DNA of 64,000 nucleotides from Octopus vulgaris (taxonomy: Eukaryota). The position numbers and the translations under genes are program-made. The stretch lies in contig OX597827.1 in the NCBI GenBank assembly GCA_951406725.2, forward strand, positions 50,158,001-50,222,000, read 5' to 3'. Positions 52,082 to 64,000 of this stretch are shown one piece after another (the stretch's first letter is position 1; every line of letters starts with the position of its first letter). A model generated the notes under the pieces. That model did no database searches. It was not told the DNA's origin and was given only the letters and a program-made list of their open reading frames with translations.

Positions 52082-53424
52082 GAAATTATATATCTTGCAA
52101 ACAACTTGCACATGCAAGTGCTACCAGTTAAAAGCTCCGTATATCGGAAGCTAGCAAGTGTATAGGGTCATCAGGAGAGAATGCGCGCCGTTTCGGGGCC
52201 TACCTCTCGACGGCATCAATGCGCACCGGCCCCCCTCACTGATATGAGGCCCCGCTTGCTAGATCAGCTGGTTATGATGAACTCAATATACTTCTAGCCA
52301 TCGCTCATCGTCTCTTTTTAACCAAATCCAGTGGCTAGCCTTCTCCACTGTAGATTGGATATCAGTCATGGTGGTATTGACTTTACGATGAGTTAGGCCT
52401 AACGATAACAACAGTCGTCTCACGCTGTGTCCTACAAACCCTCTACATCCGACTTCGATAGGAAAATGTTCCGCTTTCCAGCCTGCGTCTTCACATTCCT
52501 CGAGGAGGTTTTCATAACGGTTTAATTTTCGAGCTCGAGCGGCGTCCATATTATCTTCGTGAGGAACCGTTAGCTCGACTATATTTACAACTTTCTTTCT
52601 TTCACACCACATCAAAATATCTGGTTTTTTCGAAACTGGGATGGGAAAGAAAACCTGGCACCCAGGTAAATCTGCAGTTACCTCCCAATAGCCGTTCCAC
52701 TTTTCATTTTTCTCAGGAAGTTTCTTGGTCTTCTTCTTGAAACGGATCTGCTGACCTGGTCGCACGAAGGTAATGAACTCTCTTGATGGTACTTTTAACG
52801 ATTTTTCCTCAGTGTTGTTGAGATGAATTTGGTTCTTTATAGCATTGAAGATAACCTTAAGGACCAAGTTGTGCCTCCATGTGTACCTGTTCAATGCTAA
52901 TGAACAGTTGGAAAGAATATGTTTTAGTGTACCGACTTTTCCACATTTGCAGATGTCATTCTCTAAGACGTTCCATCTTACTAGATTCGTAGGTGATGGC
53001 AAAACATCATAAGATGAACGAATCAGGAAACTCAGCCGAGATGTTGTCCACTTCCACATCTCATCCCAACTTATCTTCCTCTCAACATGTTCTTCCCATC
53101 TCGTCATCTGACCTTGATGAACACATCGGATCAAATGAAGCTCTCTTCTCTCTGCTTCTCTTGTTTTGACGCCGTTGCTAACAACAGATCTGCGTTCACA
53201 CGGCATCATGCTTGCAAACGGTCTGAACTGATCTGCGCCAAGACCAAATCCTTTCCGATGGTTCTGCGTTGCTCCCACCATATCTCTGTGTGTAAGAGAA
53301 GACAAGATGTTGTCAGTTTCTGCTTCTGCTTTCCACTTCCTGGCTGTTTTCACCTCTGGTGGGTTACGCCTGATTTCCATATCCTTCGATTCTCTCAGCA
53401 TCATGACCGTCCGTACCTTCCCCA
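52082..53424 (-). mobile_element. 5'-truncated HERO/NeSL-type non-LTR retrotransposon with intact C-terminal frame (CCHC zinc knuckle plus restriction-like endonuclease)
   Basis: 'CKCGKVGTLKHILSNC', 'RYTWRHNLVL', 'KPDIL', 'VELTVPHE', 'RKLNRY', 'PIEVGCRG'; perfect 17-bp TSD ACTTAATAGTCCATTTA at 52065-52081 and 53425-53441. Confidence 0.92.
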
Positions 53425-53673
53425 ACTTAATAGTCCATTTACAAATTGAGGCGCCGAGCCTCTTACACACTTAAAGATTATAACACTGAGGCTTTTCAAC
53501 CTCTTGTCAATTTTCCTCCCCAACATCGCTTGTGCCCGTATACTCCGCCATCGTCCACGCCTCGTTTAAAACCAAGGCGAGCTCCGAGTCGGCGTCGCCC
53601 GGCCACAAGCGATATTCATCTTTGAGTCCGTGCAACTTACGCATCACGGGCAACGTTATGGCCTCCACAGCTA

Positions 53674-53802
53674 TCTGTTCGAAGGATTATTTACCTAATT
53701 TCAGTAGTCTCCTTTAGAGAGACTTAGAAATAATAATATTTCTATTTTTGAAGACCAGTGGATGTATTTCACTGAAATTCGGTAAATAATCCTTCGAACA
53801 GA
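53674..53802. repeat. 129-bp hairpin element with 32-bp inverted repeats
   Basis: 53674-53705 versus 53771-53802, one mismatch. Confidence 0.85.
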
Positions 53803-54045
53803 CGGTCAGCAGCGACGCCTACTGGGTTTGGCTACTCTGCATTGATAGAGGGTAAATACCCTGAAACATGTCTGCAGATGCCTGACCAGCAAGGGGAAGC
53901 GGCTGACCTTCCCTGTTCGAAGAAGGTTATAATGGACACAGTTTCGCGTGTCATATAGCTATCTAGAGGCGATGGCTTCTTGGAACTAATCAACGGCAGC
54001 TTTAGTCCTATATTTATGGACTGCCATATTAGATTGGCGATAACT

Positions 54046-54083
<38 letters not shown>

Positions 54084-54394
54084 TAATAATAATAATAATA
54101 ATAATGATAATAATAATAATAATAATTCCAGGCTTACCATCCTTACAGGAAGTGCAAAAAATCGTATTAACTGGAACGGCTCATGTACTGAGAAGAGCAC
54201 TATCACTGCGAAAATAACATTCATCCATGAATTTATTTATTTATTAATTTTTAAATACATATTTTATCTGTGAATTTGCGCGTGTAATCTAGGAATGCAT
54301 ACAATGAGCTTCTCTGTCCTAGGTGTATGGAAAACACTCGGCGAGAAACGGAAGAAAATTTGAAGAAAGAAGGAAAAAACATAATAATAACAAT

Positions 54395-54590
54395 TTCTAC
54401 TAAAGGCACGAGGCCTGAAATTTTGGGTGGGCATGGACTAGTCGATTTTATCGACCTCAGTATTTGACTTAATTTATCGACCTCGAAAGGATGAAAGGCA
54501 AAGTCGACCTCGGCGGAATTTGAACTCAGAACGTAAAGACAGATGAAATACCGCTAACGGCGTGCTAACGATGCAGCCAGCTCGCCGCCT
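54395..54590 (-). mobile_element. SINE family B
   Basis: family consensus, short-tail subfamily. Confidence 0.85.
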
Positions 54591-55944
54591 TAATAATAAT
54601 GATAATAATAACAATAATATCGTATGGGTATGTATGCGAGCGCGCGTATATATAGTGTGTGTATGTGTGCGTATGCGTGTATATGTGAATAGGGCAAAAC
54701 ATTGCTATGAACATATCGAATTTGATATTTCGGAGACATTGGTATCGTAACAGAAGAGGACGACCATTTAATTATATTTTTATTTTTAGAGAAATCGAAC
54801 ATAAAATTGAGGGCTTGCTAAAGCTAATCCGAGGGAATTTCTGACGCTACCATGAAATTGATCCGAGTTGCGGACTCTTGAAAACTATAATTAGGAATAG
54901 TTTCCCTTACATCGGGTGGTTGTTTTACAGAGTAGTTTCCCTTGTTCTTAAGATTTACGTATTCTACTTTCTGCGGAAGAAAAAGCGAATTCGAAATTTT
55001 CTGAAAACATCTTTTCAGAGTTGCTGGAACATTATTATGAAAGTTCAAAACTCATTGAGCAAGAGGTGACAAAGCCACCTAAATGTAACCGAACTTATGT
55101 TAATGAGGAAAAAAAATGAAATTGTTATAACATAAAGAACCTTAAAATTTTAACAGTGTAATTCTAACCGATAAAGAACATAAAGAAATTATAAATATGA
55201 ATTTTCTGATCATTGAGCCGAAATTATGAACAAAATAAAGAAAAGTGACAATTTCCCTACGGATGAAACAGAAATGCAGCACCCAACCAGTGTAATGCCG
55301 CAATAGGCTGTGCATTTCATGAAGGGCGTGTGTTATGCTGAATTTGAGAAGAGAAATTGTTTTCAGTTTATATTTTCATATAATTCTACTCTGATTGTAA
55401 AGAAAGCATTCCGTGACAGTCGTCAATGCTCATTTTCTTACGATTACTTATTTCGATTTTAAAGATTTTATGGCTTAGTAAGAAAAGTATTTCCCATGAA
55501 TCTTTACAAGTAATTGATAAGGAGGAAAAGGACGAAATAAACCCTAACCCATGTTGCAACAACTGACTCTGCTAAAAAAAATTAGGGTTAAACCAGGTTG
55601 GCGGTTGAATAAACCGTGTCTTTAATCCATAGACTACGTGAGGAAAATTTGTGGAAAAGTTGTGCATGGTCAATTGTGTAGTTCTATATCTGTGAAATGT
55701 GACACTTATATGGATAACAAAAGGAAGACAAATAAGTGTGTTGAGTGGTACTTTTTATATATATGGCAAATTAATTTATTTGATCATTAATACACAAACT
55801 CGAGTTTGGGATTAACTATAAATAATTGTTTTCATTCTCTTTGGAATTACTTTGTTCGTGGTTTGGGCTTCCCTCTCTAGCATGTAAGGCGTCCAGTAGA
55901 GGGTCTCCTCTCTGTGTATAAATACTATACACTTATAACCAGTC

Positions 55945-56436
55945 TCGACGGTGGTTCCAGAAATTCCGAGCTGGAATCTACAACCTAGAAGACGAACCTC
56001 ATCTTCGAAGATCTGTAGAGCTCGACGAGAACGTCGTGCAAACCCTGGTGGAACAAAATCTCATCAACTGTTGAGGAACTATTAGCGAAGCTTGGATTTA
56101 GTCATTCAACTATTTATCGAGAAGTGTCATCGAAAAAGTCAGCAAATTGGGTCACTGGGTTCCTCACAAACTTTCCGAGTCTAATCGCACGCAGAAAGTG
56201 AATGTGTGCTCTTCTTTGCTCTCACGTCTCACGAAATGAACCATTTTTGGACCGAATAGTGACTGGTGACGAGTAATGGGTTCTCTATAAAAATATAGCG
56301 AGGACGATATTCTAAAGACTGGAGCAGTTTAAATGAGAAACGATGCCCCATCTGATTGTCATTTATTTTGCAGTCTTCAAAATCATTTGGAAGGAAAAAA
56401 GTTTGAATTCTGTAGACGAGGAGTATTTTTCGTCAC
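55945..56436 (+). mobile_element. deleted mariner fragment, same family as 17142-18386
   Basis: TGGGTTCCTCACAAACTT (WVPHKL) and GTGACTGGTGACGAG (VTGDE). Confidence 0.8.
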
Positions 56437-56622
56437 GGATAATAATACTAATATTTAGAGGTACTATTTCTACTGCTACGACCACTACCACTAACAACAA
56501 CAACAATATTAAAGGTGCTCATGATGATGATAGCAGGAAAATACTAGCTAAGCAAAGAGAAAAGTCAGTAAAGATAATCTTATTTTGGGGTTTAAAGTTC
56601 TATCGCCACAGCTACTCCTACC

Positions 56623-56653
<31 letters not shown>

Positions 56654-57019
56654 GCCGTCCAAGAATTTGGACCTGGAGATCTCCATTTCCAGCGACTTCG
56701 AGGGCCACCTCCCAGTGGTTTCGGGCATCAACGAAGAGCCCTCGACTACAACAAGAAGACCAAAGTTGTTTTTTTTCTAAGGTCTGGGGTCTCCTGCTCC
56801 TAAGCCCTAGACCATCACCTAATCACCTTTACCCGTCTTAACAACGACAATAACCAGCAACAACAACAGCAACAACGACAATAATAATACAGGAGTTGAT
56901 AACGGTGATGAGGATAATTGAAATGTAGAAATCGCTGGGAAATGTTGTTTACAACATTTCTAAAAATGAGATAGCATAAGATGACCTCCATTACACGACA
57001 ATCCTAAATCAATCACAGT

Positions 57020-57480
57020 TACTGGAAAGTTAGTGAACATTAACCCGAGGACATCAGAAGGATCTGCACATAACCATCTGTCATTTCTCTTGTTGTATGT
57101 TTGGTCTTAGTCGAAGTTTTTCTCATCGGACAACCAAAGCTTATCATACTCTCGTGAGAGTTTTTAACCTCGTTAAGAAGCCGTTTAAAACGGATCAAAC
57201 AGTTTTCCTGTGTCTTTGCACACATGATATAATCTCTCCTCAGTACAAACTACTAGGTAATGAATGTCCTCGTGCATCATATTTCTGGTAGTCCGATCCA
57301 TCAACTGAAGTTATATGGGGCTATAGCCATCATTGATTTCAGAACTCAATGGATGAATTGGGGATGTTTTTATAGTGTGCAGAAAAGCTTATGCAACACT
57401 GAGAGTTGGCATTTTCTAAATCGCTGTGTTCCACATATATAAGGCAACAATGACTGCATGTTTTTTTCATTTCTTGTGTT
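57020..57480 (-). mobile_element. Tc1/mariner-superfamily transposase fragment (maT-like)
   Basis: 'RFKRLLNEVK...LSDEKNFD*DQ..N.RNDRWL' across frames. Confidence 0.6.
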
Positions 57481-58008
57481 AGCATTTTATCTACCATGGA
57501 AATTCTAAAAGAGACAAAACCTTTTCAGTTGGTTTGAAGTGCGTAATATATTGATAATTTAGTGTCCCCAAACACCCCTTGCACACAGCACACAGCATAC
57601 ATGCCTGCATACATACATACATACATACATACATACATACATACATACATACATACATAGAAAAATACCCTGTTGATGTTGAAATTCCAATGAAGGGACC
57701 TTGGATCTAAGCTAGAAACCGATTCTATCTCTATTGGCAAGAAATCTTGAAATAAAATTGGATAATGAGATACATAGGTTTCGTAGAACAGCTTGGGGAA
57801 CTACAACTACAATACGTGAGTATATATATTTTATTATTTTAATCGACAGATATTACAATGTGACTTATGGGTTACGTAGGGAACATTTACCTCTTGTATC
57901 GCTTCATATGTCTACCGATTAAAATAATAGGTATGTATGTATGTATGTATGTATGTATGTATGTATGTATGTATGTATGTATGTATGTATGTATGTATGT
58001 ATGTATGT

Positions 58009-58048
<40 letters not shown>

Positions 58049-58087
58049 ATGTATGTATGTATGTATGTATATATGTATGTATCTATG

Positions 58088-58173
<86 letters not shown>

Positions 58174-58497
58174 AGTTCAACTTGCAAAAAATACAAAACA
58201 AAACAAAACACGGAGACAAGTGAGAGCACAACAAGCGGATGTATTAGTTTGACGCTCGGGAAGAATGGAAAAGCTGTCGACGTTTCGAGCCTACGATCTT
58301 TGACAGAAAGAGTTGAGAGGGAAAAAAATGGAGAGAGAACGAAACAAAACGGACAGAGAAAAAATGTGTAACGATTAATGCTACACCATGATGAAATGAC
58401 AGGAAGAAAGAGGCTGAGTGGATGGGAAGTAATAATGGTGACCCGGAAGAACTAGAGTGCACAAGCGCGTGTGTGTATAAGAGGATGGTATTTGTGA

Positions 58498-58714
58498 GCG
58501 AGCTGGCAGAAACGTTAGCACGCCGGACGAAATGCGTAGCCGTATTTCGTCTGCCGTTACGTTCTGAGTTCAAATTCCACCGAGGTCGACTTTGCCTTTC
58601 ATCCTTTCGGGGTCGATAAATTAAGTACCAGTTACGCACTGGGGTCGATGTAATCGACTTAATCTCCTTGTCTGTCCTCTCTGTGTTTAGCCCCTTGTGG
58701 GTAGTAAAGAAATA
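58498..58714 (+). mobile_element. SINE family B with TSD
   Basis: GTATTTGTGAGCG at 58488-58500 and 58716-58728. Confidence 0.93.
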
Positions 58715-59017
58715 AGTATTTGTGAGCGCCAGTGAAAGTATGTGTGGTCAAGCTTAAAATTATGTGGCCTCTGTGTGTGTGCATATGGGAGTGTGTGTGT
58801 GTGTGTGTGTGTGTGTATAGCATGAGTAACCTAGTGCGTGCATTGTGTGGAGTTATATGCGTTTCATGTGTTTGTGTGCGTGTGTGTGTGTATGGACGTG
58901 TGTATATGGACGTGTGTATATGAATGTAAGGCTGTGTATAGTATGTGTGTGAAGCTATCGTGTATGTGTGTGCGCATGTGCAAAAGCTTGTAAGTAGCAG
59001 TTATGTATGTGCTTGTA

Positions 59018-59843
59018 TCAGGTCATCCCATTAGTTCTGTCCGAATTTTGAATAAAGAAAACAAGTGATCAAATGTTATATTTAATTGAAATTTAATTAT
59101 CGATGTACTTTCCCTGATTATCTATGACTTCCTTCCATCTATTTACAAGCTTTTTTAATCCCATCAATGTAAAACTCTTTTGGTTTCAATGCGAAGAACG
59201 TTGACATGTCAGTTTCGACCTCCTCCTGACTTGCGAAAGTTATGTCCCCCAAATGATTCTGTAAACTACTAAACAAATGGTAGTATGAAGCAGCATGGTC
59301 GTGAGAACAAGGTGGATGAGGAATTTTTTCCCAACCAAGCACTTCGATCTTCTGTGGTGTGATCTTTGCAGTGTGGGGTCACGCATTGTCCCGATGAAAC
59401 ATCACTCCTTTTCAATTCACTAAAGCGTGTCTTTTTTCTTCAAAGATTGGTTCAAACGCTCTCATTGCTGACAGTATACTTGAGCATTGATTGTTGCATT
59501 AGGTGGTAACAATTCAAAGTGAATTACTTCTTTGCAATACCACCAGATAGAGAAAAGAACCTTTTCCCCATGAAGTTCCCTTCTCGGTTGTAGTTGAGCT
59601 TTGCCCCTTTTACGAAGCCACTTTCTTTTATTCTTTTATTTGTTTCAGTCATTTGACTGTGGTCATGCTGGAGCACCACCTTTAGTCGAGCAAATCGACC
59701 CCAGGACTTATTCTTTGTAAGCCTAGTACTTATTCTAACGGTCTCTTTTGCCGAACCGCTAAATTACGGGGACGTAAACGCACCAGCATCAGTTGTCAAG
59801 CGGTGTTGGAGGGACAAACACAGACACACAAACATACACACAC

Positions 59844-59930
<87 letters not shown>

Positions 59931-60781
59931 TATATATATACGACGGGCTTCTTTCAGTTTCCGTTTACCAAATCCACTCACAAGGCTTTGGTCGGCTCAA
60001 GGCTATAGTAGAAGACATTTATCCAAGGTACCACGCAGTGGAACTGAACCCGGAACCACGAGATTGGTAAGCAAGCTACTTACCACACAGCCACTCCTGC
60101 GCCTGTTTACGACGTTTAACATTTCGATAGAAGACCCATTTTTCGTCACCAGTCACAAGTCTATCCAAAAAGGGTGAAATAAGTTCGTGCGAATGGAGAG
60201 AAGAGTAGATTCGGGATTCGCGGTTGCTTTCGAACAATTCATGAGGCACCCATTTTCCAAGGTTAGGAACCTTTCCAAGTTGTTGAAGATGACAAGGAAT
60301 AGTTGTATGGTTTGAACTAAGCTTTATTGACAATTCTTCAACTGATAATGCAGGATTTTCTTCAAGTAATGCCTCAAGGAGCTTATCATCAAACTCAACT
60401 GGACGCCTTCTTCGATTTTCATCTTCAAGGCTGAAATCTCCACTTCTCAATTTTGCAAACCATCTTCTGCAAGTTCTTTCATTCAAGCATTCTTTCCCAT
60501 AAACTGAGTGTATGTTTCGAGTCGCTTCGGCTGCAGGGTTTCCTTTTTTGTACTCATAAAGCATTATGTGCCTCAAATGCTCTTTGGATACTTCCACGCT
60601 ATAAAAGGTTTTAATCAAAGAGATCTTAATTCTACTATTCTGTAAAATAATATTTAATTAGTTTAAATGTACACAAATGCATAAAAATAATTTTTAATTC
60701 CATTAGACATTCTAAAATACTATTAAATTTCATTCAATTTTAAAAAAGTTCAAATCGGACACAACTTATGGGATGACCTGA
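59018..60781 (-). mobile_element. mariner transposon interrupted by SINE family A (59623-60103)
   Basis: TIR TCAGGTCATCCCAT with TA TSD; 'EHLRHIMLYEY..G', 'WVPHEL', 'VTGDEKW', 'HPPCSHDHA'. Confidence 0.93.
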
Positions 60782-61003
60782 TATGTGCTTGTTCGAGCGG
60801 TATGTGCACGTGTGTATGTGTGTGTGTGTGTGTCAGTACATAAAGTGTGTGTGCGTTACTCTAGTGTGCGTGTGTATTGTGTTTGTTTATGTGCTAAGGT
60901 TGTATGAGTTTATGTGTGTTGTGTGCATGTGTATGTTGTCTGTGTTCAGGCGTGATCTTTGCATATGTATTTCTTCCTTTTTCTCCCCTTTTTTCGGGGG
61001 AGG

Positions 61004-61890
61004 TCACTCTCTCCTCCTCCATCTCTCCTTCTGGAGGAGAAGGGGCAGGTGGTTCTTCCACAACTCCAGGACCCTGCTCTGGTCCTTGGGACAGTTCTTC
61101 TTAATGTGGCCATTAATGTGGCCAGGGTCTAGGCACTGATGACACTTGGTGGGGCGCCCCTCAAGAATCACCAGATACCTGGACCCGGCCATCCTCAAAA
61201 AATCCGGGAACACCAGATCATCGGCTGATTGGGTCCACAAAGTCAAAACTGCTTTTGACCCCACCCAATCAGCAGCAGGCATCATTTTAACATTTAAGAG
61301 CTTGGCTCCGCTGCCACCCAGATCCCGGCGGATAGTGTCCTTTATCCACTCGGGCTCTATTCCGAGTGGCAGCCCACACAAGCAAGCTCTTGTCAATTTC
61401 CTCCCACGATATTTGGGCAGAAACAGAATTTTTCCCCTTCCAAGGGTTGGCTCGCAAAAATGCGAGCCTCCTCAGGGTTATCGAATAGCAACCACATTGT
61501 TGCATATTTGACACCCCTTTCAATAAACTTGATGGTTGGCAGGTATTCTTCCAACTCCTTCTCAATATCTACTTGAGTGATGGTGATGGTGTCGAGAGAC
61601 TTGGAATATGTCCTCAACACCACCGTTCTCTCATTAAGGTCATTTACTTGCTTGCTGGGTACGTTTTCCACTCCAAGACAGTGTTTTTATTTTTTACCAT
61701 GCTTTGCAAAAAACACAGGAAAATGTTAAAAAAAGTTCAAAGAAACACACAGAAAGAACAGAAAGACAGATCAGAGAAAAGAAGGAAAGAAGACAGTTCC
61801 AGCACGGCAACACAATTCCGACACTTAGGTAATCCGGGTTCACAGGTAATCCTTCAGAATATTGCTTCACACAGGTACTCCAGTTCACCG
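61004..61890 (-). mobile_element. L1/Tx1-type LINE 5' region, ORF1 (gag-like CCHC knuckle), frameshifted
   Basis: ORFs 61393-61671 and 61004-61396; 'GRPTKCHQCLDPGH..KNCP'. Confidence 0.7.
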
Positions 61891-62245
61891 TAACAAAAAA
61901 AAAAAAAAAATTCATCCACGATGGGTCGAATTTTTATAAACGCCCACCAAAACAAAACAATTCTCACCGCTCAGTGAGTTACTCAGCGCGACTGCAGTAG
62001 ACAAATGTTCGAGACCCAGTGGGATTTCTTACATGAAAAAGGAAAAACAATGTCATACAACAAATTCCCCACTAAATCCCTTAAAAAAAAACAAGTGCCT
62101 ACCTTGCAGTCGCGCCTCTTCAAAGGTTCTTTAATCGAAGACACCTTCCGAGCACGTTTTGACACTGTTCACTCTCGTAAGTTACTGACAAACTCACGCA
62201 TGCATAAGCGGTAAGCAAGCTACTTACCACACAGCCACTCCTACG

Positions 62246-63248
<1,003 letters not shown>

Positions 63249-63602
63249 GTAATAATAATGTATATATCATTTTATTCTTTTATTTGTTTCAGTCAATTGA
63301 CTGTGGTGATGCTGGAGCACCGCCTTGAAGGGTTTTTGTCGAACAAATTGACCCCAGCCGAGGACAGAATGGGATAGATGGAAATATGTTTGCTGAGTGT
63401 GGGCTGATGGGAAAGACATTCTTGAAAGATCTTGTTCGGTTTGAAGGAAAGAGTTGCAGTATCGAATTGAGTTAAACATTTCTTTATCTATGGACCCCTT
63501 TGATTACTATTTACTTTGGTGGATCTTCATTGCTTTCAGAATTCCTATATTACTTTTCACACGCTAACCCTTTAGCATTCCGACTACTCTATCAAAATGT
63601 AA

Positions 63603-64000
63603 GGCGCAGGAGTGGCTGTGTGGTAAGTAGCTTGCTTACCAACCACATAGTTCCGGGTTCAGTCCCACTGCGTGGCACCTTGGGCAAGTGTCTTCTACTA
63701 TAGCCTCGCGCCGACCAAAGCCTTGTGAGAGGATTTGATAGACGGAAACTGAAAGAAGCCCGTCGTATATATGTATATATATGTATGTGTATGTATATAT
63801 GTTTGTGTGTCTGTGTTTGTCCCCCCCAAATAGCTTGACAACCGATGCTGGTGTGTTTACGTCCCCGTCACTTAGCGATTCGGCAAAAGAGACCGATAGA
63901 ATAAGTACTAAGCTTACAAAGAATAAGTCCCGGGGTCGATTTGCTAGACTAAATGCGGTGCTCCAGCATGGCCGCAGTCAAATGACTGAGACAAGTAAAA
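63603..64000 (+). mobile_element. SINE family A
   Basis: family consensus. Confidence 0.92.

Noticed and set aside
52283-53470. 395-aa ORF as a stand-alone host gene
   Set aside because: The start lies in flanking DNA beyond the TSD; the rest is a truncated retrotransposon ORF
54824-55069. Possible exon or transposase remnant
   Set aside because: No recognisable motif or consistent splice partners

Overview
Eukaryotic, AT-rich genomic DNA full of microsatellites and repeats. The SINE repertoire suggests a coleoid cephalopod (Octopus); this is inference. One host gene is present: the 3' part of a prominin (PROM1/CD133-family) gene on the + strand, reconstructed as 15 GT-AG exons from 3694 to 45670 (1878 nt, 625 aa plus stop, all phases compatible). 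Its 5' exons lie upstream of the window. The rest is mobile DNA: four tRNA-derived SINE families, fragments of R4/Dong-, RTE-, L1/Tx1- and HERO-type non-LTR retrotransposons, Penelope-like elements with hammerhead ribozyme motifs, Tc1/mariner copies, Helitron-like elements and MITEs. Most tracked ORFs are microsatellite or SINE artefacts. Best leads: (1) the 3' UTR of a young HERO-like retrotransposon (52082-53424) contains all hammerhead core segments in a permuted, knotted order with an extra helix; (2) one SINE family inserts at a (G/A/T)(G/A)TATT target that it also carries internally, so it nests into itself; (3) Penelope-type hammerheads with very long stem II; (4) apparent loss of 3' introns in prominin; (5) inverted SINE pairs that would form long dsRNA in the prominin transcript.
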